This document shows positions 9,992 to 18,922 of a stretch of 50,510 nt of DNA, in pieces. Origin of the DNA: a bacterium (GTDB lineage: Bacteria; Patescibacteriota; Patescibacteriia; UBA1558; GWA2-36-10); the NCBI GenBank assembly GCA_018653315.1, contig JABIAL010000035.1, positions 1 to 50,510 of the forward strand. Reading direction: 5' to 3'. Each line of letters starts with the position of its first letter. The stretch's first letter is position 1. The notes beneath the pieces were generated by a model. The model was not told where the DNA came from and ran no database searches. It worked only from the letters and a program-made list of their open reading frames with translations. The position numbers and the translations under genes are program-made.

Positions 9992-10930
9992 ATGGAAATC
10001 CAAAAACCTAACAATGCAAAAATAACTTTTTTGTATTTACTATCTTTGGTAGCTCTAGTTTTTGTAGCTATTTCTTCTGGCATCGCTATCTTTCAAATGA
10101 TCAACAAATACATAGTTGATTTTGCAGCTACCTGGGGAGGTCGCTATTTAGATGAGGCCATGAAATTTGCTATCTCATCTTTGATTATTGCTACCCCTGT
10201 TTACTATGTGATAATAAAATTTATCAACAAAGAAATCGCCCACAAAAGACTAGATAATCACTCAGCAATTCGTCGCTGGCTTACTTACCTTATTTTATTA
10301 ATAACTGCTGTTATCATTTTGGTCTGGCTGATAATCACTTTAAATAGATTTTTTGAAGGTGAGTTGACAACTAAAAGTATTTTGAAAACTTTGACTATTC
10401 TGGTAATCTGCGGTGGCATATTTTCTTTTTACCTTTATGACATTAAAAGAAATCTTGAGATCAAAACTGCTGGTGTAAAAGTTTTCTTCTATAGCTCACT
10501 GATAGCTATCATCGTTGTATTAATTGGAGCATTTTTCACTATTGATTCTCCAAATACAGCAAGAAATCAAAGAATAGATAGCCAAACTGTTAATAAATTA
10601 AACAGCATTTATCAAGCTGTGAATGCCTATCATACCAATAAAGGCTCGCTACCATCTGACATGGATGAGTTATTAGAGCAAAATCTATACCCTATATCTG
10701 AAGATACAATTACAAACGAATATAATAATAAAAAAATAAAATACTTAATAATCAATGATACGAAATATGAATTATGCACTGACTTTTTAACTGCATCATC
10801 CAAGGAAGATATGGATTATCGATACGGCGCATTTGATGAAAGATGGAATCATGACAAGGGCTATCAGTGTCTTGAACTAGAAGTAAATAATAGAGGTAAA
10901 ACTATAAACGAAGTAGAGCTTATGCATTAA
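9992..10930 (+). CDS. Membrane protein, DUF5671-like, with C-terminal extracellular pilin-like segment
   Basis: FLYLLSLVAL, ISSLIIATPVY, IRRWLTYLIL, GELTT, SP..AR..RID, YELC..F motifs typical of a CPR membrane family. Confidence 0.65.
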   Translation: MEIQKPNNAKITFLYLLSLVALVFVAISSGIAIFQMINKYIVDFAATWGGRYLDEAMKFAISSLIIATPVYYVIIKFINKEIAHKRLDNHSAIRRWLTYLILLITAVIILVWLIITLNRFFEGELTTKSILKTLTILVICGGIFSFYLYDIKRNLEIKTAGVKVFFYSSLIAIIVVLIGAFFTIDSPNTARNQRIDSQTVNKLNSIYQAVNAYHTNKGSLPSDMDELLEQNLYPISEDTITNEYNNKKIKYLIINDTKYELCTDFLTASSKEDMDYRYGAFDERWNHDKGYQCLELEVNNRGKTINEVELMH

Positions 10931-10933
10931 ATA

Positions 10934-10976
10934 AAACAAAAAACACCCTGACTATAGTCGAGGGTGTTTTTTGTTT
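10934..10976. terminator. Bidirectional terminator between convergent genes
   Basis: aaacaaaaaacaccct / agggtgttttttgttt perfect inverted repeat. Confidence 0.88.
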
Positions 10977-10984
10977 AGAAAATT

Positions 10985-11221
10985 TTATTCAGACTCAACT
11001 TTAATAACATTAACTGGACAAGAAGCTTCAGCATTTAGATTATCTTCTAGGTCACTTTCGTGAATTTCTCCAACGTGCAAATCACCTTTTTTATCAGCTC
11101 CCTCTAGACTTGCCAAGCCATCTTCCTCACTTATCTTCCATGACTGAGGACAAAGCTGAGCACACATTGCGCAGCCGATACAATTTTGTCTATCATGAAC
11201 TACTTTATATTTTTTTGACAT
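10985..11221 (-). CDS. Ferredoxin (single-cluster 4Fe-4S type)
   Basis: CIGCAMCAQLCP plus distal SCPVNVI. Confidence 0.9.
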   Translation of the reverse strand: MSKKYKVVHDRQNCIGCAMCAQLCPQSWKISEEDGLASLEGADKKGDLHVGEIHESDLEDNLNAEASCPVNVIKVESE

Positions 11222-11229
11222 ATATATAT

Positions 11230-12495
11230 TTAATTTGAGCCTTCTCGTTTTTTTATTAGATAAAACTTATCTCCTTTACGCACTTTTTTATCTAAAGCTA
11301 TGGTTATTAATTCTTTTTTATCTGCTTTTTTAATTTCCTCTTCTTTTTCATTGCGAAGAGATTTTATTTTATCAAAAACAACTCCGGTTGTCACTCCGGT
11401 TATAGAAAAATTATCACCAAGCTTTGTATCTTGAGCTTGCAACTGAATTTCTACAATTTTATTTTTAGAAAAATAATTAGTCACTACACCAGCGAAAAAT
11501 TTTTCTTCACTAGACTGATTGCCAGCGCTTGCTGCCCACTCTTGCTCTGACCTACCAAGGTAATATCCATCACTAAATCCTCTATTAAATACTGTTTTTA
11601 GCTCTGCTTCTAGGGCTACTTTTTTATCTAAATTATATTCATTATTTTCTATGGCGATTAATGCTTCGCGATAAGCTTTTACTACTTTTGCTACATATTC
11701 TGGAGATCTACCTCGTCCTTCTAGTTTCAAAACTTGGACTCCAGCATCAATAAAGTCATCCAAAAAACCAATAGTGCAGATATCTTTTGGACTCATAATA
11801 TAATTATTATCTACTACTAGCTCTTGATTTGTTTCTTCATCTGTCACTTTAAATTTACGTCTGCAAGTCTGCTGACAAGCCCCTCTATTTGCAGAAGCGT
11901 TGTATTGGAACAAGCTCATGCTACAGCGTCCAGAAACTGCAATACATAAAGCTCCGTGAGCAAACATTTCTATTTTGACAAGCTCTCCACTCGGTCCAGT
12001 TATCTTTTCTTTTTTTATTTGTTTAGTAATTTTTTCTATCATCGGCAATGTCAATTCTCTAGCTAAGACAACTGTATCTGCATACTGTGCAAAAAATTTC
12101 ACTGCCTCTGTATTTGAAATAGAAACTTGGGTAGAAATATGCATTGGTATCTTTATGCTCTGGGCATATAAAACAGCTGCCATATCAGCTACAATCACTG
12201 CATCAATTTTTTCTGATTTAGCTGCGTCTATAATCTTTCGCATTAAAATTAAATCATGATCATACAAAATCGTGTTAACTGTTAAATAAGTTTTAACTTT
12301 ATGCTTACGACAAATTTGACCTATTTTTTTAAGATCATCAAAATCAAAATTAGCAGCTGCTACTTTACGCATATTAATTTGGCCAATACCAAAATATACC
12401 GAGTCAGCTCCGTTATCTATGGCCGCTTGCAAAGCCTCATAAGAACCGGCTGGTGCTAATAATTCTATATCTAATTTTTTCTTTACTTTTTTCAT
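11230..12495 (-). CDS. U32-family Fe-S protein (TrhP/RlhA-like RNA hydroxylation family)
   Basis: ELLAPAGS, GADSVYFG, HISTQ, LAREL, EMFAHGALCIAVSGRC, NRGACQQTCR, MSPKDIC, LKLEGR. Confidence 0.93.
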   Translation of the reverse strand: MKKVKKKLDIELLAPAGSYEALQAAIDNGADSVYFGIGQINMRKVAAANFDFDDLKKIGQICRKHKVKTYLTVNTILYDHDLILMRKIIDAAKSEKIDAVIVADMAAVLYAQSIKIPMHISTQVSISNTEAVKFFAQYADTVVLARELTLPMIEKITKQIKKEKITGPSGELVKIEMFAHGALCIAVSGRCSMSLFQYNASANRGACQQTCRRKFKVTDEETNQELVVDNNYIMSPKDICTIGFLDDFIDAGVQVLKLEGRGRSPEYVAKVVKAYREALIAIENNEYNLDKKVALEAELKTVFNRGFSDGYYLGRSEQEWAASAGNQSSEEKFFAGVVTNYFSKNKIVEIQLQAQDTKLGDNFSITGVTTGVVFDKIKSLRNEKEEEIKKADKKELITIALDKKVRKGDKFYLIKKREGSN

Positions 12496-12498
12496 ATC

Positions 12499-13167
12499 TT
12501 ATTTTTTAACAAAACAATTTATATTCCATTTGGTATGATAAACACCTTTTGGCTCTAAATTAAATTTAGATTTTTTTAATAAATTTTCTAATTCAGTCTT
12601 AGTAAAGCTATGATAGTATCGCCATAATTGTTTATTGTCTCCTGAATACTGTTGCCAAGAAACAAAAAAATCATTCCAAGCTTTTTTACGCCACCAAAAT
12701 TTAAAATAATTTTTCAAATACTTTTTTTGTAATAAATTCCAATTAGTCATAAATAAATAACCACCCGGTTTAAGCCAATGATTCATTTTCTTTAATAACT
12801 CAGCTCGATCTTTTCTGCTATCTAAATGATGAAAAGCAGCAATAGAAAAAATCATATCAAAACTTTCTTTTGGAAAATCTATCTTCCGTATATCGGCTAC
12901 TGTAAATTTATGATCAGGAAATTGTTGTTTGGCCTGACTAATTAAGCCCTCACTAAAATCAATGCCCGTGTAATCAATTTGTTTATTGCCCTCTGCTAAA
13001 GATTTCAATAAACGACCATTGCCACAACCCAAATCTAGTATCTTGAAATTATCCTTTATATATGGTATAAAAACTTGTAATTCTTCCCACGGAAAAACAC
13101 GTGAAGCTGAAAACTCCTGGGAAATCTGATTATACACTTCTTTTAATTGTTTAGTTGTTTTATTCAT
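12499..13167 (-). CDS. Class I SAM methyltransferase, Trm9/ALKBH8-MTase-like
   Basis: VYNQISQEFSASR..PW, LDLGCGNGR, SIAAFHHL, LKPGG..TNW, DFFVSW and RYYH.F...EL follow the Trm9 motif order. Confidence 0.8.
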   Translation of the reverse strand: MNKTTKQLKEVYNQISQEFSASRVFPWEELQVFIPYIKDNFKILDLGCGNGRLLKSLAEGNKQIDYTGIDFSEGLISQAKQQFPDHKFTVADIRKIDFPKESFDMIFSIAAFHHLDSRKDRAELLKKMNHWLKPGGYLFMTNWNLLQKKYLKNYFKFWWRKKAWNDFFVSWQQYSGDNKQLWRYYHSFTKTELENLLKKSKFNLEPKGVYHTKWNINCFVKK

Positions 13168-14776
13168 GGTAGATCAAAATATAATAGATAATATCGTCAA
13201 AGAATTAGCAGAATTAAATTTTGCTGATGATTTAGATTTTTCTACTACTTTGAGAAAAATATTCAATAAATACAAGATAGCTCCTCTGCCTAAGGCTACA
13301 TTGATTTCATCTTATCGTCAATTACTTAAAGATGGTGTTTTAGTTGAAGATAAAAAATTAACTCGTCTATTAATCAAGCGAGCAATTCGTACTTTATCTG
13401 GTGTTTCTGTAATAACGGTGTTGAGTAAACCTTTTGCTTGTCCTGGAAAATGCATCTATTGCCCAAGTGAACCAGATATGCCAAAAAGCTATCTATCTAA
13501 TGAGCCAGCGGCGATGCGAGCTAAGTTAAACTTATTTGACCCTATTCGTCAGATGACTATGCGGATTAAAGCTCTAGAAAATAACGGCCATCAAGTAGAC
13601 AAATTGGAAGTATTGGTTTTAGGCGGCACTTGGTCTGCTTATCCGGATGATTATCAACAAGAATTTATTCGAGATCTTTTCTATGCAGCTAATACCATGG
13701 AACAAAAAAAAGAACGTAAAAAATTATCCCTAATAGAAGAACAAAAAATTAATGAAGATACTAAATACAAAATTATTGGCCTAACTTTAGAAACTCGACC
13801 TGATTTTATTAATGAGGCAGAGATTAAACGAATGCGTAATTTAGCTTGCACCCGTGTCCAGCTTGGCGTCCAACATACTGATAATAAAATTTTGGATCTC
13901 ATCCAACGTGGTCACACTATTGAACAATCCATTAAAGCTACTCGTCTGTTAAAAGAAGTGGGCATCAAAATAGACCATCACTATATGCCTGACTTACCGG
14001 GCTCTACCCCTGCTAAGGATTTAGAAATGTTTAAATATGTTTTTAATTCTCCAGATTTACAACCAGATCAAATAAAAATATATCCTTGCATCGTCAATGA
14101 ATTTGCTGAATTAAATAAATGGCTAGAAGAAGGTAAATATAAACCTTATTCTAAAACTGAATTATTAAACTTATTATTAGAGGTCAAAAAAATAACACCT
14201 CCTTATGTCAGAATCAACAGATTGATTCGTGATATCCCTGAAGAAAGCATCTTGGCTGGAAACAAAATCACTAATTTACGACAAAAACTGCAGCAAGAGC
14301 TAAAAGAAGCAGGAGGATCCTGTAAATGTATTCGTTGTCGTGAAGTACGAAATGAAGAAGTTGATATAAATCAAATTGAATTGGTAACAAGAGAATATAA
14401 AGCCTCCCAAGGAACTGAATGGTTCTTGAGCTTTGAAAATGATGACCAGACAAAAATTTATGGCTTCTTACGCTTACGTATAAATGATGAGGTGGCTAAA
14501 AATATTTTCCCTGAGCTAGAAAATGCTTCTCTTGTACGCGAACTTCATGTTTATGGTAAGATGATCCCCGTCACTGACAGTAAAGATAAAGATAAAACTA
14601 TATTTAAAACTCAACATTTAGGTTTAGGTAAACGCTTGATGGCAGAAGCTGAAAAATTAACTTTAAAACAAGGATTAAATAAAATAGCTGTTATCTCAGG
14701 AATCGGCGTAAGAAATTATTATAAAAAACTTGGCTACAAATCAGAAGGTACTTATGTAACCAAAACATTAAAATAA
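13166..14776 (+). CDS. elp3: Elp3 tRNA uridine(34) carboxymethylase (radical SAM plus KAT domains)
   Basis: RTLSGV, CPGKCIYCP, PKSYLSNEPA, GGTW, ETRPD, QLGVQ, HYMPDLP, KIYP, RLIRDIP, CKCIRCRE, VRELHVYG, QHLGLGKRL, SGIGVRNYY. Confidence 0.95.
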   Translation: MVDQNIIDNIVKELAELNFADDLDFSTTLRKIFNKYKIAPLPKATLISSYRQLLKDGVLVEDKKLTRLLIKRAIRTLSGVSVITVLSKPFACPGKCIYCPSEPDMPKSYLSNEPAAMRAKLNLFDPIRQMTMRIKALENNGHQVDKLEVLVLGGTWSAYPDDYQQEFIRDLFYAANTMEQKKERKKLSLIEEQKINEDTKYKIIGLTLETRPDFINEAEIKRMRNLACTRVQLGVQHTDNKILDLIQRGHTIEQSIKATRLLKEVGIKIDHHYMPDLPGSTPAKDLEMFKYVFNSPDLQPDQIKIYPCIVNEFAELNKWLEEGKYKPYSKTELLNLLLEVKKITPPYVRINRLIRDIPEESILAGNKITNLRQKLQQELKEAGGSCKCIRCREVRNEEVDINQIELVTREYKASQGTEWFLSFENDDQTKIYGFLRLRINDEVAKNIFPELENASLVRELHVYGKMIPVTDSKDKDKTIFKTQHLGLGKRLMAEAEKLTLKQGLNKIAVISGIGVRNYYKKLGYKSEGTYVTKTLK

Positions 14777-14790
14777 TGTTATAATTAATT

Positions 14791-14833
14791 TATGAAAAAT
14801 TAATCTTACACTATGAAAAAAATTAATCTTACA
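14791..14833 (+). repeat. Tandem duplication of a gene start
   Basis: tatgaaaaattaatcttaca (14791-14810) and tatgaaaaaaattaatcttaca (14812-14833). Confidence 0.85.
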
Positions 14834-15025
14834 TTACTAATAATCCTGAGCATCTTTCTTGTTACTGGTTGCACTCAAAATACAAATAATACACCACGAA
14901 TGACTCAGGAAGAATGCGAAAAAAATGGACAGAAATGGACAGAAATTTGTCCAATTTGTGAAAATTGTGAATGTCTATATCTTTGCCTTGAACTTGAAGA
15001 GGAAGGATTAGGAGAGTTAAAATAA
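14813..15025 (+). CDS. Small Cys-rich lipoprotein
   Basis: MKK, hydrophobic stretch, LVTGC lipobox; EECEKNGQKW..ICPICENCECLYLC. Confidence 0.7.
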   Translation: MKKINLTLLIILSIFLVTGCTQNTNNTPRMTQEECEKNGQKWTEICPICENCECLYLCLELEEEGLGELK

Positions 15026-15031
15026 TATCTT

Positions 15032-16294
15032 ATGAAAAACCTACAAAATACAGATCCGCAAATAGCGGAGATTATAAAAAAAGAGCTCAATCGCCAACGC
15101 AATGGCGCTGAAATGATTGCCAGTGAAAACTTTGTTTCTCAGGCTGTCTTGGAAGCGGCCGGCTCGGTACTGACCAATAAATACGCTGAAGGTTATCCGA
15201 ACAAACGTTACTATGGCGGTAACGAATTTGTTGATCAATCCGAAATCTTAGCTATTGAACGAGCTAAGAAACTTTTCGGCGCTGAACATGCTAATGTCCA
15301 GCCACATTCTGGCTCTACAGCCAATGCCGAAGCTTATTTTGCTTTATGTGATTTGCACGATACTATTTTGGGATTCTCTTTAGCTCATGGCGGACATTTG
15401 ACTCATGGTCATCCGGTAAACTTTTCTGGTAAGTCATACAACTTTGTTAGCTATGGAGTAGATAAAAAAACAGAGCTAATAGATTTTGATGAAGTAGAGG
15501 CACAAGCCAAAAAACATAAACCAAAGGTAATTCTAGCTGGCGCCTCTGCTTATTCTCGACAAATTGATTTTGCCAGATTCAAAGAAATAGCTGACAGTGT
15601 TGGTGCTTACTTAATGGTAGACATGGCTCACATTGCCGGTCTAGTTGCCACCAAGCTTCATCCTGATCCAGTCCTCTATGCTGATGTAATTACAACTACT
15701 ACTCACAAAACTTTACGTGGTCCACGTGGTGCTTTGATTTTGTCTAAAATAAAAGACCATATAAATCCAGATGACAAAAAGAATCTAGCTCGCAAAATAG
15801 ACTCAGCTGTTTTTCCGGGATTACAAGGTGGCCCACTAGAGCATATCATTGCTGCTAAGGCCGTAGCTTTTGAAGAAGCTTTACAGCCAGAATTTGCAGT
15901 TTACCAAAAACAAGTATTGGCTAATGCTAAAACTTTAGAAAATAAATTTAGAGCCGCTGATATTAGAATGATTTCTGGTGGTACTGATAATCATTTATTA
16001 ATGATCGATGTCACTCCACTTGGATTGTCTGGCCAAGAAGCTGAAACTTTACTAGATCAAATTCATATTTTCACTAACAAAAATCTAATCCCGTTTGATA
16101 CACGCAAACCAATGGATCCATCTGGCATTCGTTTGGGAACTGCTGCTTTGACTAGTCGTGGCCTGAAAGAGACTGACATGGAGATTATCTCTGATGTTAT
16201 TATAGATGTCTTGAAAACTAAACAAGCAAGTGAAGAAAATAAACAAAAAGTTTTAGACTTGATGAATAATTTTCCTCTTTATCCTGAATTATAA
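15032..16294 (+). CDS. glyA: Serine hydroxymethyltransferase
   Basis: [38 protein letters not shown]. Confidence 0.98.
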   Translation: MKNLQNTDPQIAEIIKKELNRQRNGAEMIASENFVSQAVLEAAGSVLTNKYAEGYPNKRYYGGNEFVDQSEILAIERAKKLFGAEHANVQPHSGSTANAEAYFALCDLHDTILGFSLAHGGHLTHGHPVNFSGKSYNFVSYGVDKKTELIDFDEVEAQAKKHKPKVILAGASAYSRQIDFARFKEIADSVGAYLMVDMAHIAGLVATKLHPDPVLYADVITTTTHKTLRGPRGALILSKIKDHINPDDKKNLARKIDSAVFPGLQGGPLEHIIAAKAVAFEEALQPEFAVYQKQVLANAKTLENKFRAADIRMISGGTDNHLLMIDVTPLGLSGQEAETLLDQIHIFTNKNLIPFDTRKPMDPSGIRLGTAALTSRGLKETDMEIISDVIIDVLKTKQASEENKQKVLDLMNNFPLYPEL

Positions 16295-16298
16295 AACT

Positions 16299-17129
16299 AT
16301 GGCAAAAATGATTGATGGCAAAGCTATCGCCAAAGAAATAAGACAAGAAGTAAAAAATGAAATTGTAGAAAAAAAACTAAATCCTAATTTAGCTGTAGTT
16401 TTGGTTGGCGAAGATCCAGCAAGTAGACTATATGTAAACTTAAAAAAGAGAGCTTGTGAAGAAGTTGGGGTTGAATTTCATGAATACTTACTAGATACCG
16501 ATACATCACAAGACAAAGTTTTGGAAGTTGTAAATTTTTTGAATAATGATGAAAATGTTGACGCTATTTTAATTCAACTTCCTCTACCTAAACATTTGGA
16601 CACTGATAAAATTATCCAAGCCATGGATCCCGCTAAAGATGTTGATGGTTTTCATCCACAAAATATAGATAAATTTATTAATCAAAGTGGAAACTTTGTT
16701 CCTGGATTACCATTAGGTATTATTAAACTAATAGAAAGCACCGAAGAAGACTTGGTCGGAAAACAAGCTTTAATTATTGCTAAAAATGAAATCCTCTACC
16801 AGCCATTAGCTAAATTGCTTAATGATCGTAAAATAAACACTACTATTTTATCACCGGATGATACTGAATTAAAAAATAAATGCCAACAAGTAGATATCCT
16901 AATTACCGCTATTGGCAAACCATTCTTTATTACAGCTGACATGATCAAGCAAGATTCTATCATCATCGATATTGGCACTAACAAAATAGACAATAATTAT
17001 ACTGTCGGCGATGTTGATTATAGTAGTGCTTTTACAAAAGCTAGTCATATTACTCCAGTCCCCGGTGGCGTCGGTCCGGTAACCGTAGCAATGCTTTTAT
17101 ACAATACTGTTAAACTTGCTGAAAAATAA
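16299..17129 (+). CDS. folD: Methylenetetrahydrofolate dehydrogenase/cyclohydrolase
   Basis: IDGKAIA, LVGEDPAS..YV..K, QLPLP, KDVDGFHP, TPVPGGVGPVT. Confidence 0.96.
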   Translation: MAKMIDGKAIAKEIRQEVKNEIVEKKLNPNLAVVLVGEDPASRLYVNLKKRACEEVGVEFHEYLLDTDTSQDKVLEVVNFLNNDENVDAILIQLPLPKHLDTDKIIQAMDPAKDVDGFHPQNIDKFINQSGNFVPGLPLGIIKLIESTEEDLVGKQALIIAKNEILYQPLAKLLNDRKINTTILSPDDTELKNKCQQVDILITAIGKPFFITADMIKQDSIIIDIGTNKIDNNYTVGDVDYSSAFTKASHITPVPGGVGPVTVAMLLYNTVKLAEK

Positions 17130-17137
17130 ACAAAAGA

Positions 17138-17167
17138 AAAAGCCTTTCGTGAAAACGAAAGGCTTTT
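17138..17167. terminator. Bidirectional terminator
   Basis: aaaagcctttcgt-gaaa-acgaaaggctttt. Confidence 0.88.
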
Positions 17168-17188
17168 ATGTTTATACTCTTATTCTGT

Positions 17189-18013
17189 TTACTTACAGAG
17201 CTCAAAGACAGATGGTGAGCTGATGCATTGACACTTGAATTCAGGAGCTGCATTTGCAAGGATGTGGATCAATGGATTAATGATCTTTATCAAACGATCC
17301 TGCGCTTGCTTAATTGCTTTTTTCACATCAGCACCATCAGCCGGTGGACCCTCTAAAGGCATGTTAGTCACGGTGCCAAATAAAAAATAATGCATGCTTG
17401 CTTCACGAGCTAAAACCACCTCTGGAACAGCCGTAGTCATGCCCAAAAAATTGGCATGATATTGATCACGAAGTACACGTACCTCAGCTGGCGTCTCATA
17501 ACGAGGACCTTTTACGCAAGATAAAATTCCTCTAGGACAATCAACATGATGCTCAACCAAGCTACGTAATTTGGAGCAAAGCATGTCTACAGGCGAGCGA
17601 TGAAAGGCTTCTTCATGAACAAGACCTCCTTCTCTGGCAAAAGTGTAAGGCCCACCCGACAGATCAACAAAGTCCTCTGGCATGACAATTGACCCAACTC
17701 TAAGGCCGTTAATATCGTTGGGTCCATTAATCCCTCCAACGGCCGAAGCGGCAATCACAAACTCTACGCCAGCATTATGCAAAGCATACATGTAGGCTTT
17801 GTGATTTAGTTGATGAGGTAAACGAAAAATTACAGAATCCCCTTCATGTTTTGGCTCCAAATGATGACGATCAACAAATAAGATCTCCTTGCCATCGACT
17901 GACATTTCATGAATGCTAGCTGGTCCATATGGTGTATTAACACACTTGATCTTACCACTGCCTAACAACTGACCCATTCCAGTGCCACCGATAATCGCGA
18001 TTTTTGTATACAT
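17189..18013 (-). CDS. MTAP-family purine nucleoside phosphorylase (methylthioadenosine/methylthioinosine type)
   Basis: IAIIGGTG, TPYG, RH..PH..N, SAVG, GPRYETPAE, GMT..PE..LARE, VTN. Confidence 0.88.
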   Translation of the reverse strand: MYTKIAIIGGTGMGQLLGSGKIKCVNTPYGPASIHEMSVDGKEILFVDRHHLEPKHEGDSVIFRLPHQLNHKAYMYALHNAGVEFVIAASAVGGINGPNDINGLRVGSIVMPEDFVDLSGGPYTFAREGGLVHEEAFHRSPVDMLCSKLRSLVEHHVDCPRGILSCVKGPRYETPAEVRVLRDQYHANFLGMTTAVPEVVLAREASMHYFLFGTVTNMPLEGPPADGADVKKAIKQAQDRLIKIINPLIHILANAAPEFKCQCISSPSVFELCK

Positions 18014-18033
18014 TTGTCTTTTCCTTATTTTGA

Positions 18034-18089
18034 TTGTTTAATGAACGAAATGATTATAATATTTAAGCATAACAATATAAAATGGTCAA
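18034..18089 (-). promoter_or_regulatory. Promoter region plus boxA-like motif upstream of the phosphorylase gene
   Basis: TTGACC at 18089-18084; -10 ambiguous (TTAAAT or a downstream TATAAT); GTTCATTAAACAA at 18046-18034; SD TAAGGA. Confidence 0.5.
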
Positions 18090-18092
18090 ACT

Positions 18093-18118
18093 AAAAAACC
18101 GCCTCAAGGGCGATTTTA
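18093..18118 (-). terminator. Terminator after the exonuclease-WYL gene
   Basis: Minus strand aatcgccc-ttga-ggcggtttttt (imperfect hairpin plus T tract). Confidence 0.55.
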
Positions 18119-18119
18119 A

Positions 18120-18902
18120 TTATATTAAAGTTTTTTGAAAGCTTTGCATCTTACCAGCTACTTTAACTGATTTAACCCGATCCAGATCAAACATTCGCAA
18201 AGCATCCCGTAAATGACAAAAGGCTTTAATTTTGTTACCACGTATATTCTGAATATCTATTTTACGAGAAGTGACATCCCCTTTTTCATCCATATAGCTA
18301 ATTTCTATCTGTTGCCCGTCTTTCCAAGCCTCTTGAACTTGTTGATTGATTGTTTTTTCACCAGACTTAAACCAACTAGCATTTATATCTGTTTTTACTC
18401 CACCATTATGGTACCAAATATTACCATGCTGTAAACCATAGTCATAAATCTCTTTGGTTACTTTTACATCATCTAGACAATATTTGATAAGCTTATCCCA
18501 TTCATCATTACGATAATAAACAATAGCATCTAAACCAGAGCCTGACTTACCATATCCCAAAGTGCTATGAGCCACTGAATCAAGTTTAAGACGATGTCCT
18601 AAAATTTTAGTAACTTCTTCCAAAATATCTAAATGGGGAATGCTTGCTAAATCAAAATCTTTGTAATACGGTTGTAAAACTGGAAAATCAAAAGCTTTAC
18701 TATTAAAACCAATTACCAAACCAGCCTCTTTTAAAAGATCTAACAGTTCGTCAAATTCTTCTTCTTTAAAACCTCTGTATTTATCTAAATTATAAGAATA
18801 AACACCTACTAAAGATACCCCTAGTAGATGATTGTTTTGATGCCCACCTACTTCATCAAATGTCTTCTTAGTTTCTAAGTCTAAAACTATTATATCTTTC
18901 AT
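18120..18902 (-). CDS. RNase H-like (DEDD) exonuclease domain fused to a C-terminal WYL-like domain
   Basis: VLDLET, IGFN..FD, HLDIL, LKLDSVA, YCLDDV; C-terminal IEISY.D..G..T.R.I....AFCHLRDALRMFDLDRV. Confidence 0.8.
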   Translation of the reverse strand: MKDIIVLDLETKKTFDEVGGHQNNHLLGVSLVGVYSYNLDKYRGFKEEEFDELLDLLKEAGLVIGFNSKAFDFPVLQPYYKDFDLASIPHLDILEEVTKILGHRLKLDSVAHSTLGYGKSGSGLDAIVYYRNDEWDKLIKYCLDDVKVTKEIYDYGLQHGNIWYHNGGVKTDINASWFKSGEKTINQQVQEAWKDGQQIEISYMDEKGDVTSRKIDIQNIRGNKIKAFCHLRDALRMFDLDRVKSVKVAGKMQSFQKTLI

Positions 18903-18922
18903 GACTTATATTTTAGCATACT

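Noticed and set aside
14813-15025. Small Cys-rich protein next to elp3 as a Trm112-like activator
   Set aside because: It has a lipoprotein signal peptide and its own promoter, so it is probably exported and unrelated.
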